From assembly GCA_050013255.1 (NCBI GenBank), contig JBEKFP010000001.1, forward strand, positions 1,184,001 to 1,248,000: a stretch of DNA of 64,000 bases, in the 5' to 3' direction. The position numbers and the translations under genes were made by a program. Numbering within the stretch: the stretch's first letter is position 1; each line of letters begins with the position of its first letter. This document shows positions 1 through 9,973 of this stretch, in pieces. This stretch comes from Candidatus Bathyarchaeia archaeon (GTDB lineage Archaea; Thermoproteota; Bathyarchaeia; 40CM-2-53-6). The notes below the pieces were generated by a model, which saw only the letters and a program-made list of their open reading frames with translations, was not told the DNA's origin and did no database searches.

Positions 1-2
1 TT

Positions 3-692
3 GTTTCGGGAATTGGTTGTACAGCTAGAATTCCTGGCTACTTGAACTTGGACACCTATCACACGACCCATGGGAGAGCCATTGCGGTTGCCACGGGCAT
101 CAAGGTTGCAAAGCCCGAACTTGAGGTAACGGTCATCGCGGGAGACGGGGACCTATTTAACATAGGTGGCAATCATCTAATACATGCAATTCGACGAAAC
201 GTGGACCTGAATATTTTCTGTGTGAACAATTTCAATTACGGGATGACAGGCGGGCAGTTCGGCGCAACTACACCAACGGGGGCGAAGACAGCTACAACTC
301 CTTACGGCAATTTCGAATCTTCCTTCAACATACCGTATATGGTCGCCGCAGCCGGAGCACCATTCGTGGCCAGATGGACTGCGCTACACGTAAGGCAATT
401 GCTGAAAACGATGTTGAGAGCATTTCAAGTTCAGGGTTTAGCATTCGTGGAAATTGTCTCCCCGTGCCCTCCCACCTTTGGAAACTTGAACAACTTCGAA
501 GATGCCCTAGCTATGATGCAATACTTCAAGACCTGCTCACGAGTGGACGATAAGGCAGACCTCAGCAAGGTCGCCCTTACAATGAAACCCCCTGACCCAA
601 TTTTCGTAGGTAACTTCGTCGATATCAAGAAACCTACGTATCACGAAATTGAACGCGAAATGATCGAAAAGGTGGTGAGCCGGTCGAAATGA
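3..692 (+). CDS. korB: 2-oxoacid:ferredoxin oxidoreductase beta subunit (5' truncated by window edge)
   Basis: Frame open from nt 3 (VSGIGCTARIPGY); TTHGRA motif and TPP-binding GDGD...NN motif; YGMTGGQ; SPCP. Confidence 0.93.
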   Translation, partial: VSGIGCTARIPGYLNLDTYHTTHGRAIAVATGIKVAKPELEVTVIAGDGDLFNIGGNHLIHAIRRNVDLNIFCVNNFNYGMTGGQFGATTPTGAKTATTPYGNFESSFNIPYMVAAAGAPFVARWTALHVRQLLKTMLRAFQVQGLAFVEIVSPCPPTFGNLNNFEDALAMMQYFKTCSRVDDKADLSKVALTMKPPDPIFVGNFVDIKKPTYHEIEREMIEKVVSRSK

Positions 693-1246
693 CGCGGTGT
701 GAGGTCCGGCTCCAAGGGCTGGGAGGTCAAGGTATAATCTCCGCTGGCCGCCTGATTGGGGAAGCTGCATCTATTCATGAACGAAAAGAGGCCGTGATGA
801 CGGAGGATTACAGCCCATACGTAACCGGCGGCTGGTCTAGGGCAGACCTCATCATATCAGACGAACCCATCGACTACCCACTTGTCACACGCCCGAACAT
901 CCTGGTGGCTATGTCGCAAGACGGTTTTGACGGCAACTGGAAGAGCACACAACCCGATGCCGCGATAATCGTTGATAAGGGAATGATTAACACCTGTCCA
1001 GTACAAGACCGCAAATTATTCTCAGTCCCTGCACTCAACATCGCTGAAGAACTGGGAAAACGTGTCGTCGCTAACATAGTTATTCTAGGCTTTCTGGCAG
1101 CGAAAACCCATGTCGTGAGCACCGAGTCCCTGCAAGCAGCAATTCTGGCCAGGTACCCCAAGGCAGCCGACCTGAATCGCAGAGCCTTCCAGAGGGGGGT
1201 CGAACTCGCTTCCCGCACTACGGAAGTCTTGGAGCTAATGACCTGA
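689..1246 (+). CDS. korC: 2-oxoacid:ferredoxin oxidoreductase gamma subunit
   Basis: GLGGQGIISAG N-terminus, ANIVILG; ATGA overlap with the beta subunit. Confidence 0.92.
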   Translation: MTRCEVRLQGLGGQGIISAGRLIGEAASIHERKEAVMTEDYSPYVTGGWSRADLIISDEPIDYPLVTRPNILVAMSQDGFDGNWKSTQPDAAIIVDKGMINTCPVQDRKLFSVPALNIAEELGKRVVANIVILGFLAAKTHVVSTESLQAAILARYPKAADLNRRAFQRGVELASRTTEVLELMT

Positions 1247-1526
1247 TAGATGAAGGAGGTGAGCAAGCATAGACTCTAGGCGCACTGAAGGAGTTCTCCA
1301 ATTCGAAATCCGTGAACCGGGTACTGACGCTCGGATTGGACCTGTGCGCGCCTCATCAGTCCTAAGTCGTTGTGAAAACTGCTACGAATATTGGAATCAA
1401 AAGTGTGATCAATGCTCGCGTTGCGGAACAACCAAGTTCACGCCATGCCTGCACTGCGATCTTGGCCTGAGACGTTCGCACGGACGACCGAACTAATGAT
1501 CAAAAGGAAAGTGGGGGTGGAATAGT

Positions 1527-1667
1527 TTGGCGGGAAACACGATTGGGAGATGCGCGGAATGCAAAGGCACGTACGGTGATGATGAGTGCGAGGTATGCAC
1601 GATCTGCGGGGCTGGCGCCCTTGAGGTATGTACGCATTGCCCACCTAGCCCAACGATGGGTGGTTGA
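1527..1667 (+). CDS. 46-aa Cys-rich microprotein (not in ORF track)
   Basis: TTG start after GGGGTGG; MAGNTIGRCAECKGTYGDDECEVCTICGAGALEVCTHCPPSPTMGG; 7 Cys in CxxC/CxxCxxC/CxxC. Confidence 0.55.
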   Translation: MAGNTIGRCAECKGTYGDDECEVCTICGAGALEVCTHCPPSPTMGG

Positions 1668-1781
1668 TCCTTCTCGGTGAAGATGTCTGATGAGAAGAAG
1701 GTCAATAGGTAGTGTCCTGTTCATGCTGCGTTAGACATTTCTCGGGATCCGGAGGATACTTGCATCTTCTCCGAGTTGGAT

Positions 1782-2078
1782 CTACCTAAAGGATTTGAGC
1801 AGTTCCTTCAATTCCAGTTCCGCATGAGTTCGGGCCGAGGCTTTGACGCGCTCCGCTAGAGTGGAGCGATTCAGAAGATCAAGCATGTCACCTTGAGAGT
1901 AAGCATGCCAGTCGCTGACCCTCAGCTGATACATGCATGGGTCGCCGCGAACCGATGAAGGATATGTTCGGAAAGTGAATATTTTCAGCTCCATCCGTGA
2001 GACAACGTATGTTAGGACCTCGCCCGCAAGTATGACGCCGCCGCCTGATTCGCCTGCTAGCCGAATCGCCAAGTCCAA
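1782..2078 (-). pseudogene. N-terminal fragment of a 2-oxoacid:acceptor oxidoreductase alpha subunit (gamma-like domain)
   Basis: IRLAGESGGGVILAGEVL...FTFRTYPSSVRG...YQLRVSD...SQGD.LDLL then similarity is lost; 98 aa versus roughly 550-600 expected. Confidence 0.75.
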
Positions 2079-2161
2079 TCTGTATCATCGTGGGCGAGCA
2101 TGGATTCCAAAGGTCTTAGGCTCACTGCTGGTACTCGGGACTGAATTTCCGTCGACCAACG

Positions 2162-2797
2162 CTACCGTTTCTTAACGAACAGAACCGACGGGCTTAACCC
2201 TATTCTCGTACCAATGTCGTCGAGAATTTTCTGGAATTTAACGTGGGAGAGCCCGAGTCCTTTGCGCCCCTTTGGTGGGTAGGGGTCGTTGAAAATGACA
2301 TACTCTTCATCAGCGTCGGTTACGACGATCCAGTGTGGGATGTTGAGCGAGTGTATGACCCCCATATGCACAAGGGCTATAGGAACTTGATTCCCACGAA
2401 CTCCTCGCAAGATGTCCGCAACGACGGGCCGTTTGTACGTGACCGGCAATTTCCTCCTGATGGCTCTCTGCCGGTTTTCCTTCATACCGAATATACTGAG
2501 TTCGATCTCTTCGGAGGAGAAAGTCCTGAGCAGCCTCCGTCTCCACGCATCGTGTTCAACAGTTCTACTGCGCTGCGTTATCAGCCGCACGTCGTAGCCT
2601 GAGTCAATTAAAGGGACACAGAGTCCGAACGGGTCAGCACCCTTTATGCCAATCATGTTGCATTGGCGCCACACCTCAAATTCAAGCTCGCGGCCGATTT
2701 CAAGGTCCCGGTCGAAATGTTTCATTACCATTAACACGCAGGCGGGGCCGCAAGTGAATTCCGAGCTCTGCGCATAGTAAGGCACGTTGAACTTCAT
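2162..2797 (-). CDS. Stand-alone C39-like cysteine peptidase
   Basis: VPYYAQSSEFTCGPAC (Gln, catalytic Cys), PHWIVV (His), NDP (Asp). Confidence 0.85.
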   Translation of the reverse strand: MKFNVPYYAQSSEFTCGPACVLMVMKHFDRDLEIGRELEFEVWRQCNMIGIKGADPFGLCVPLIDSGYDVRLITQRSRTVEHDAWRRRLLRTFSSEEIELSIFGMKENRQRAIRRKLPVTYKRPVVADILRGVRGNQVPIALVHMGVIHSLNIPHWIVVTDADEEYVIFNDPYPPKGRKGLGLSHVKFQKILDDIGTRIGLSPSVLFVKKR

Positions 2798-2845
2798 GTT
2801 TCTATCTCTAGAGGATGCGAATCTTCCAAGTCATCGACTATATCT

Positions 2846-3853
2846 TTAACGCCTGAAATGTTCCCAGCCCTTCATCGCTACTTTCACATCTCCCCCGGCC
2901 AGCCGTAAACGTACTCCAGCAGATTTCCTTGTTACGACACCGATCGCCTTCAATTTTCCGCGGGCAGCCTTCTGTGCAAGCCTGAACTTCTCAGGTTTCA
3001 CTGTGACCACAAGGCAATACTCCTCTCCACCGTAGAGGGCGAGGTCTCTCGCCCCGTAGCGATGACGAGCCGCAAACTGCTCCGCAGCCTTGCTGACGGG
3101 AACATGATCGATCCTTATTCCGACGCCGCTAGCTCTCGACAACTCGTGAAGGCTCCAAGCCAATCCATCACTTGAATCGATAGAAGCAGTCAGGGCTCCT
3201 GAGGAGCCTAACCTAAGCCCGAGGTCTAGTTCGGCGCGAGGGTTGTAAACAGCTTGATACATCGGGCGCGGTAATTTAGCGGGTCGAGTCCCGTGCTGGA
3301 GCAGTGCCTTCAGCCCCGCCGAGGCAGACCCAAATTCGCCGCTAACCGCAACGACATCGCCAATTCGTGCACCGGAACGAAGAATAAGCTGTTCTTTGCG
3401 GGCGATCGCGAATAGGGCTATCGATATTGTCAGGTCATTTGATTCATTGGTGTCCCCACCCACGAGTGGGAACTGGTACTGGATCGCAGCCGAACTTAGT
3501 CCGGCAGCTATTTCTTGAACATCTTTCCTTCTCAGAGTAGCTGGCAGACCGAGCGCAACGAGCCCCGCCAGAGGCCGGACCCCTTTGGCTGCGAGGTCGC
3601 TAACGTTTGCCACAACCGCTTTGCGAGCTACCTGGCGCATTGTCATACCCGGCGGGATATCGGTGCTGCCGACGAGCATGTCTGTTTTCAGAATCGCAAC
3701 TTTTCCGTCTGCCAGTTTCACTGCGGAAACATCATCCCCGAAACCGACAACGGTATTACGATTGGTGCCGAGTGAACGTTCCATGATGCGAATTATGCGT
3801 AGTTCACCCAGCTGTCTAAGTGAAGTCAACTCTCCCATGCCACCGCTTTCCAC
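2846..3853 (-). CDS. thiL: Thiamine-monophosphate kinase
   Basis: GDD, KTDML, NVSDLAAKG, GGDTN, DSSDGL, GGEEY motifs. Confidence 0.95.
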   Translation of the reverse strand: MESGGMGELTSLRQLGELRIIRIMERSLGTNRNTVVGFGDDVSAVKLADGKVAILKTDMLVGSTDIPPGMTMRQVARKAVVANVSDLAAKGVRPLAGLVALGLPATLRRKDVQEIAAGLSSAAIQYQFPLVGGDTNESNDLTISIALFAIARKEQLILRSGARIGDVVAVSGEFGSASAGLKALLQHGTRPAKLPRPMYQAVYNPRAELDLGLRLGSSGALTASIDSSDGLAWSLHELSRASGVGIRIDHVPVSKAAEQFAARHRYGARDLALYGGEEYCLVVTVKPEKFRLAQKAARGKLKAIGVVTRKSAGVRLRLAGGDVKVAMKGWEHFRR

Positions 3854-3910
3854 GTGTCTCTCTTACACTACGCATATTTTGAATAGTTCGATTGGCCTCA
3901 GCCAGACGGG

Positions 3911-4891
3911 ATGAATGGAGGGGGGAAGTTGCCCGACATTGTCTGTATGGGTGAAGTTATGGTTGAACTCAACGCTGTTAACCGTGGCCCATTGAGGAGT
4001 GTGGATCTCTTCGAAAAACATGCGGCAGGGGCCGAGGGGAATGTAGCAATCGGAGCCTCGAGGCTCGGTTGCAGTTCCGGGATAATCACGAGGGTTGGTG
4101 ATGATGAATTCGGCCTCTTCCTCATGGCGACCCTTAAAGGAGAAAACGTGGACACGTCTCACGTCCACGTCGACAAGGATTTTCCGACAGCAATCTTCTT
4201 CATTCAACGTGGCTTTCCAATTCCTGACAGGAGTGAGGCATACTATTACCGCCACAATTCAGCCGGAAGCAAACTCAGTCCCAAAGACCTAGACACGAAA
4301 TACATCGGTTCAGCAAAGGTCCTCCATGTTTCCGGAATAACTCCCGCATTAAGCGAAAGCGCCAAAGAGGCAACAACAGCCGCTGTGAAAATCGCGAAAG
4401 AAAACAAGGTGATGGTCTCACTGGACACGAACATTCGCCTCAAACTTTGGACTGAAGGAGCAGCAAGACCTACCCTACTCCCGCTATGCAATATGGCGGA
4501 CATACTCTTCACAAGTCTACCGGACGCAAGAATAATCCTAGGCCTCGACGAACCTGCAGAAATAGCTAAAGCTCTACACAAAAGCGGCGTCAAAACTGTA
4601 GTAATCAAGCTCGGGAACAAGGGGGCGTTTGCTAGCTCTAACGGCGAGACCTTGACTCAACCCATGATCCATACGAGCGTTGAGGATCCAACAGGTGCTG
4701 GCGATTCTTTCGCGGCAACATTTCTAGCAACTCAGTTGAAAGGTTGGGTACTGCAGGACAGTTTGCGCGGGGCTTTGGCGACAGCAGCTTTAGTCGTAGG
4801 CATCAGAGGCGATTATGAGAACATACCGAGCATGGATGCGTTACGGACTTATCTTGAATTTCAAAAAGGTAAGGCTGAGTACCTTCGATGA
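3911..4891 (+). CDS. PfkB-family sugar kinase (2-keto-3-deoxygluconate kinase-like)
   Basis: GAEGNVAIG, VGDDEFG, DTNIRLKLW, DPTGAGDSF. Confidence 0.9.
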   Translation: MNGGGKLPDIVCMGEVMVELNAVNRGPLRSVDLFEKHAAGAEGNVAIGASRLGCSSGIITRVGDDEFGLFLMATLKGENVDTSHVHVDKDFPTAIFFIQRGFPIPDRSEAYYYRHNSAGSKLSPKDLDTKYIGSAKVLHVSGITPALSESAKEATTAAVKIAKENKVMVSLDTNIRLKLWTEGAARPTLLPLCNMADILFTSLPDARIILGLDEPAEIAKALHKSGVKTVVIKLGNKGAFASSNGETLTQPMIHTSVEDPTGAGDSFAATFLATQLKGWVLQDSLRGALATAALVVGIRGDYENIPSMDALRTYLEFQKGKAEYLR

Positions 4892-4950
4892 GGTTCAACG
4901 AAGCATAGAGTAGTAGGGTTCAGAACGGGAAAGAAGATGTTTGGTGCCTT

Positions 4951-5094
4951 TCAGGACTGTTGAGCTGACGGCGTTTGCGTCACCACATCGGCGGTCGGGA
5001 CGGGCTGTTCGGCCAGTCCGCACTTTGTGAGGTGCGTTTTGTATTCGTCGAGCCTGATCTGTCTATGGCATCGAAGGCATTCGAGCGTCTTCAT
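4951..5094 (-). CDS. 47-aa C2HC zinc-finger microprotein (not in ORF track)
   Basis: MKTLECLRCHRQIRLDEYKTHLTKCGLAEQ...; C-x2-C-x11-H-x3-C; co-oriented downstream of the DEAD-box gene and followed by a pyrimidine-rich tract. Confidence 0.65.
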   Translation of the reverse strand: MKTLECLRCHRQIRLDEYKTHLTKCGLAEQPVPTADVVTQTPSAQQS

Positions 5095-5175
5095 CTCGGT
5101 GCGTACGCTTCTATTACGGAATTGTCGACGGCCCGTCTATTTCACTCTCGCGATTGCAATTTGCTCTGTCGTTAT

Positions 5176-6363
5176 TCAACGTTGGCTTTTGAAGCCGTCC
5201 GACCATGAAGGTTGATGCAAGCTTGGTTGGATGGTTCTAACGCTTTGCGGTCTCAGTCGTTCCCCTATCTCATGCATTCGGGTACCTGTCATGCCTTGAA
5301 TGCGTCTCAAATCAGTCATTTCGCGTCGAGAAACTAACGTCACCGCAATACCGCTGGCTCCAGCCCTGCCGGTCCGGCCAATTCTATGGAAGTAAAGCAG
5401 AGGGTCGTTGGGTAGGTCATAATTCACGACATGCGTGACGCCTTCGATATCCAAGCCCCGTGAGGCAACATCCGTTGCTACCAGGAATCGCGCACGGCCT
5501 CTTCGGAAATCATCCAACGCTCGTTCGCGTTGCGCCTGCGTCAGGTCACCATGTATTACAGCGACGTCACGCCGGTTCCGCCTTAGTCTATATCCAATCC
5601 GATCAGCGCCTCTCTTGGTGGAGCAGAAAATCAAAGCACGCTGAACAGATTTTTCGTCCATTATGTCGCAGAGTGCTTGAAACTTGCGTTCTGGGTCTAC
5701 TACGCGGTAGAGCTGGTCTATTTCCTCAACCGCTATCTCGTCCCTGCTGACCAGTATTTTCTCAGCATTGTACATGTGCCTCGACGCCAATTCGAGGATT
5801 TCGTCGGGCATGGTAGCAGAGAACATTGCTGTCTGCTTTTCGTTGGCCGTTCTTCGCAGTATGAACTCTATGTCGTCGATGAAACCCATGTCGAGCATGC
5901 GGTCGCCTTCGTCGAGGACAACAAACGTTGCTTGGTCGATTAGCAGAGTGCCTCTTCGGAGGTGGTCGATGATTCTGCCCGGTGTCCCAACCACGATGTG
6001 CACAGTGCTTTGAAGTGCTTGCATCTGGCTGTAGATTGGTTGGCCACCATAAACGGCGAGCGTTCGTACTGAGAGGTATTTCCCATATCTGTTCAGGTCT
6101 GAGGCAACTTGAACGGCTAGTTCACGGGTCGGGACAAGAACAAGCGCTTGCACCGCATCCATGGACCTATCAATTCTCTGAATCATAGGTACGCCGAAAG
6201 CAGCAGTCTTACCTGTACCAGTTTTCGCTTGGCCTATCACATCTCTGCCATCAAGCAGAGGGCCAATTGCTGCAGCCTGAATTGGGAACATCTCTTCAAA
6301 ACCGAGTTCCCTGAGGCTGCGAATTATCTCTCCCTTTATCGGGAGTTCTTCGAAACTTTGCAT
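5176..6363 (-). CDS. DEAD-box ATP-dependent RNA helicase
   Basis: Q motif, AKTGTGKT, PTRELA, TPGR, DEGD (variant of DEAD), SAT, HRIGRTGR. Confidence 0.95.
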   Translation of the reverse strand: MQSFEELPIKGEIIRSLRELGFEEMFPIQAAAIGPLLDGRDVIGQAKTGTGKTAAFGVPMIQRIDRSMDAVQALVLVPTRELAVQVASDLNRYGKYLSVRTLAVYGGQPIYSQMQALQSTVHIVVGTPGRIIDHLRRGTLLIDQATFVVLDEGDRMLDMGFIDDIEFILRRTANEKQTAMFSATMPDEILELASRHMYNAEKILVSRDEIAVEEIDQLYRVVDPERKFQALCDIMDEKSVQRALIFCSTKRGADRIGYRLRRNRRDVAVIHGDLTQAQRERALDDFRRGRARFLVATDVASRGLDIEGVTHVVNYDLPNDPLLYFHRIGRTGRAGASGIAVTLVSRREMTDLRRIQGMTGTRMHEIGERLRPQSVRTIQPSLHQPSWSDGFKSQR

Positions 6364-6607
6364 TCCTAGTTTACACTTTCCTACGTAAACCGCTTTTAGA
6401 AAACCGAACAGCTAAGCTTCCGCGTTTACGGGTAAACCGCGTTCCAGTTTCGCTGTGCAGAACTTCTCTGTATCCGCACGCGGTCTTCGTTAAAACTACG
6501 CAAACACAACACTACCATTTAAACGTTAGTTGAAACTGACAGAGTAATGGGCTCTTCAAGAACGAAATGAATCGTAGTCTGCCAAGAGTTCAAACGGGGG
6601 CAGGTTC

Positions 6608-8578
6608 TTGGGAGAATTGCTTTGGACACCCTCAAAGGAACAAGTGAGACAGGCCAACATTACCCGTTTTATCGACTTCGTCAACAGGAAGTACGGACTT
6701 AAGATTCAGAACTATTGGCAGCTGCACGAGTGGTCTGTTGAGAAAATTCCCGACTTCTGGGCGGCCATGTGGGAATTTGGGGGCATAGTCTCTAGTCGCA
6801 GCTATGACAATGTGGTCGACGACCTAACCAAATTCCCCGGCGCAAAATGGTTTCCAGGTGCAAAACTGAATTTCGCTCAGAACCTATTGAGGCATAGAGA
6901 CGATCAATATGCGCTTTTGTTCAGAGGCGAGACGCAGAAGACAGCCCAGATGACCTACGGAGAATTGTATGCTCAAGTCGCAGCGCTAGCAAAGTGGCTG
7001 GTCCGAGAGGGAGTTGCACCGGGGGATAGAGTGTGTGCCTACCTGCCCAACATGACCGAAACGGTTGTCGCCATGCTTGCCGCCACAAGTGTTGGAGCTG
7101 TTTGGGCTTCCTGTGGGACTGAACTTGGGCCGACAGCTGTTTTGGATCGTTTCTGTCAGGTCGAGCCTAAGATCCTCTTTACGGCCGACGGATACTTTTA
7201 TGGAAACAAAGTTTTCGACAGGTTAGCTTACGCCGAAAGGGTTGCCCGGGGAATCCCTTCGTTAGAACATGTGGTCGCTGTTCCGTATCTAAACGAGAAA
7301 CCTGATATCACGAACATACCAAACTGTGTGCTCTACAACAATATCATCTCATCCGAGAACGTGTCCGAAATCCACTTCGAGCAACTGCCTTTCGACCATC
7401 CCGTCTACATAATGTTCTCCTCCGGAACAACTGGCAAGCCGAAGTGCATGGTTCAAGGCGTTGGTGTGCTTCTGAATCAGCTGAAGGATCTGATGCTCCA
7501 TACGGACCTGAAGCGAGAAGATAGGATAACCTACATTACAACTGCAAGCTGGATGATGTGGAATTGGCTTGTAAGTTCACTAGCCGTGGGGGCTACGATA
7601 GTTCTCTACGATGGTAACCCGAACTATCCAAATTGGGGTAACATGTGGAGGTTGATACAGGATGATAAGATAACTATTTTCGGTTGTAGCGCCAGCTACA
7701 TCAACTATCTCAGAACCCTTGAGGCAAGGCCTGGCAAGGTTTATGATTTAACGTCCCTCCGTGAAATATCGCAGACTGGTTCACCTCTTTCCGCCGAAGG
7801 CTTCGGGTGGATTTATCGTGAGGTCAAGCGAGACCTACACTTCAATTCAATTTCAGGTGGCACTGATCTCAACGGGGGGTTCGCCTCTGGAAACCCTACA
7901 CTTCCTGTCTATGCAGGTGAGGTTAGCGGGCCTGAATTAGGAATGAAGATTAGAGCCTACGACGAGCAGGGAAAGCAGGTAGTTGACCAAGAAGGAGAAC
8001 TTGTGTGTGAGGCTCCTTCCCCATCCATGCCACTTCATTTCTGGAAGGACCCAGGGAATGAAAGATACAGAGAGGCCTACTTCAATTTCTACCTACACGT
8101 GGAAAAAAACGTTTGGAGACACGGCGACTACATTATTATCCATAGTGACACGGGCGGAATAACGTTCCTCGGCCGCTCAGATAGTGTGTTGAAGCCATCA
8201 GGAGTCCGCATCGGCACGGCTGAGATTTATAGTGTCGTGGAAAAATTCCCTGAAATTGCCGATAGCGTAGTCGTGGGGCAAAATTGGAAAGGAGACCAAC
8301 GGTTGATCCTCTTCGTCCAACTTGCCTCCGGCCAACGCTTAACCGAGGATCTGAAATCTAAAATAAAACAATCCCTACGTCAAGATGCTTCTCCAAGGCA
8401 TGTTCCTGCGCTCATACTTGAAACGCCAGGTATCCCTTACACATTCAACATGAAGAAGGTTGAGAGTGCCGTCAGAAACATAATAGACGGCAAACCGGTC
8501 GCAAACAGAGCTGCAATAACCAATCCTGAGTCTCTAGAATATTTCGAGAAACTCTTACCGCAACTTCAATCGGAGTAA
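6608..8578 (+). CDS. Acetoacetate-CoA ligase
   Basis: LLWTPS, WFPGAKLNFAQNLL, FSSGTTGKPKC, WMMWNWL, SGGTD, GVRIGTAEIY. Confidence 0.92.
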   Translation: MGELLWTPSKEQVRQANITRFIDFVNRKYGLKIQNYWQLHEWSVEKIPDFWAAMWEFGGIVSSRSYDNVVDDLTKFPGAKWFPGAKLNFAQNLLRHRDDQYALLFRGETQKTAQMTYGELYAQVAALAKWLVREGVAPGDRVCAYLPNMTETVVAMLAATSVGAVWASCGTELGPTAVLDRFCQVEPKILFTADGYFYGNKVFDRLAYAERVARGIPSLEHVVAVPYLNEKPDITNIPNCVLYNNIISSENVSEIHFEQLPFDHPVYIMFSSGTTGKPKCMVQGVGVLLNQLKDLMLHTDLKREDRITYITTASWMMWNWLVSSLAVGATIVLYDGNPNYPNWGNMWRLIQDDKITIFGCSASYINYLRTLEARPGKVYDLTSLREISQTGSPLSAEGFGWIYREVKRDLHFNSISGGTDLNGGFASGNPTLPVYAGEVSGPELGMKIRAYDEQGKQVVDQEGELVCEAPSPSMPLHFWKDPGNERYREAYFNFYLHVEKNVWRHGDYIIIHSDTGGITFLGRSDSVLKPSGVRIGTAEIYSVVEKFPEIADSVVVGQNWKGDQRLILFVQLASGQRLTEDLKSKIKQSLRQDASPRHVPALILETPGIPYTFNMKKVESAVRNIIDGKPVANRAAITNPESLEYFEKLLPQLQSE

Positions 8579-8775
8579 CGAATGCGCAGAGTCTTGCCCG
8601 CGTAGCCTAGGATCGTTCCCAACTGCTACCACATTCGGTTTTTCCTGCGGATACACCATAGGGGAAACTTGTGCGGAGTTTCTGGTGATTTAAGCGTCCA
8701 GATTGTAATGCCTCAGAAAAAAAACAAGCCATAGTGTTATTAGGACTGCGAGTAGTCCATCTCTGGGAAAATACC

Positions 8776-9876
8776 TTGAGTTCTACAGAAAAACCAAAAT
8801 CAAGCAACAAGATGTACATCGGGATAGGAATAATTGTTATTCTCGTCATCGCAATTGGAGCAGGAGTTTACCTATACAACCCAACCCAAGCCCCGTCATC
8901 TACAACTCAGACAATGGTGACCTCTGCAGCAGGCGCAATCAAGATTGCTTTTATCAGCAGCGCGCCAATGGAGGAACCGTGGACCTCAGTCATACACACA
9001 GCCATCAACTACTCAATCCAGTACTACGGCGCAGATAAAATAACGTACAAGTGGACTGAAAACGTCCAGTACTCCGACACGCCCAGAGTCATGCGTGAAT
9101 ATGCAACTAACGGCTTCAATCTAATATTCGTTGACGCATTTGGGGCGGACGACACCGCCCGAGCCGCCGCAAAGGACTTTCCAAACACGTACTTCGTCCT
9201 CGGAACAGATAATCACGTGTTCGGCGACAACGTGGCTGTGTTCGACGACTGGATTCATGAACCCGCTTACATGTGCGGCATGATTGCCGGCAACATAACG
9301 AAGAGCAACGTGATCGGAGTCGTTGGAGGCGTAGCCGACCCCGAGGTCAACAGGCTCATAAACGCATTCAAGGATGGAGCAAAGGCCGTAAACCCCAACG
9401 TCAAGGTTCTAATCACATTCATGGGCGAGTGGTTCAACCCTCCCAAGGCAAAGGAAGCTGCATTAGCAGAAATCAACGCTGGCGCGGATGTTCTGTACAG
9501 TGAACGGGAGGGAGGAATTGAGGCAGCAGAACTGAAACACATACCCGTGTTCGGAAGCCTACAGGATCAATATCAACTAGCGCCCGACGTGGTAATCACA
9601 GGGCCTGTTTGGAACATGTGGCCAACAGTCAAACACGAGATTGACTTAGTGATGCAACAAAAGTGGGTAGCCGAAGATCTCAGATTCTATTCAATGATGG
9701 AGAAGGGCGGTTCAATGCTCGCGCCTTGGCATGACTGGGAGACAAGACTAAGTCCGGACATTGTGGCGATGTTGAAGAAAACTAACGCAGTATCAGCGAT
9801 GGACGCAGTCACGGCCCAGATAATGTCTGGAGCTCTTACTGTCCCGATGGATGAGTCCGAACCAGTATCAGGCTAG
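8776..9876 (+). CDS. BMP-family (nucleoside) ABC transporter substrate-binding protein, N-terminal TM anchor
   Basis: TM segment plus Ser/Thr linker; TKSNVIGVVGG, AFKDGAKAVNPNVKV, WFNPPKAKEAA; TTG start chosen (ORF open from 8734). Confidence 0.88.
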   Translation: MSSTEKPKSSNKMYIGIGIIVILVIAIGAGVYLYNPTQAPSSTTQTMVTSAAGAIKIAFISSAPMEEPWTSVIHTAINYSIQYYGADKITYKWTENVQYSDTPRVMREYATNGFNLIFVDAFGADDTARAAAKDFPNTYFVLGTDNHVFGDNVAVFDDWIHEPAYMCGMIAGNITKSNVIGVVGGVADPEVNRLINAFKDGAKAVNPNVKVLITFMGEWFNPPKAKEAALAEINAGADVLYSEREGGIEAAELKHIPVFGSLQDQYQLAPDVVITGPVWNMWPTVKHEIDLVMQQKWVAEDLRFYSMMEKGGSMLAPWHDWETRLSPDIVAMLKKTNAVSAMDAVTAQIMSGALTVPMDESEPVSG

Positions 9877-9898
9877 TGAGGCAGTGCACAGAGGCTAA

Positions 9899-9945
9899 GT
9901 TCCATTTTTCCTTCCCATCTTTCTTTTCCATTTTTGTTTTCTTCT
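9899..9945 (+). terminator. T-rich archaeal terminator/attenuator after BMP gene
   Basis: Long pyrimidine/T tract (tttttccttcccatctttcttttccatttttgttttc) between BMP and ATPase genes. Confidence 0.5.
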
Positions 9946-9973
9946 ATAGCTTTCGGTTAGGACGGCGCTTCGA

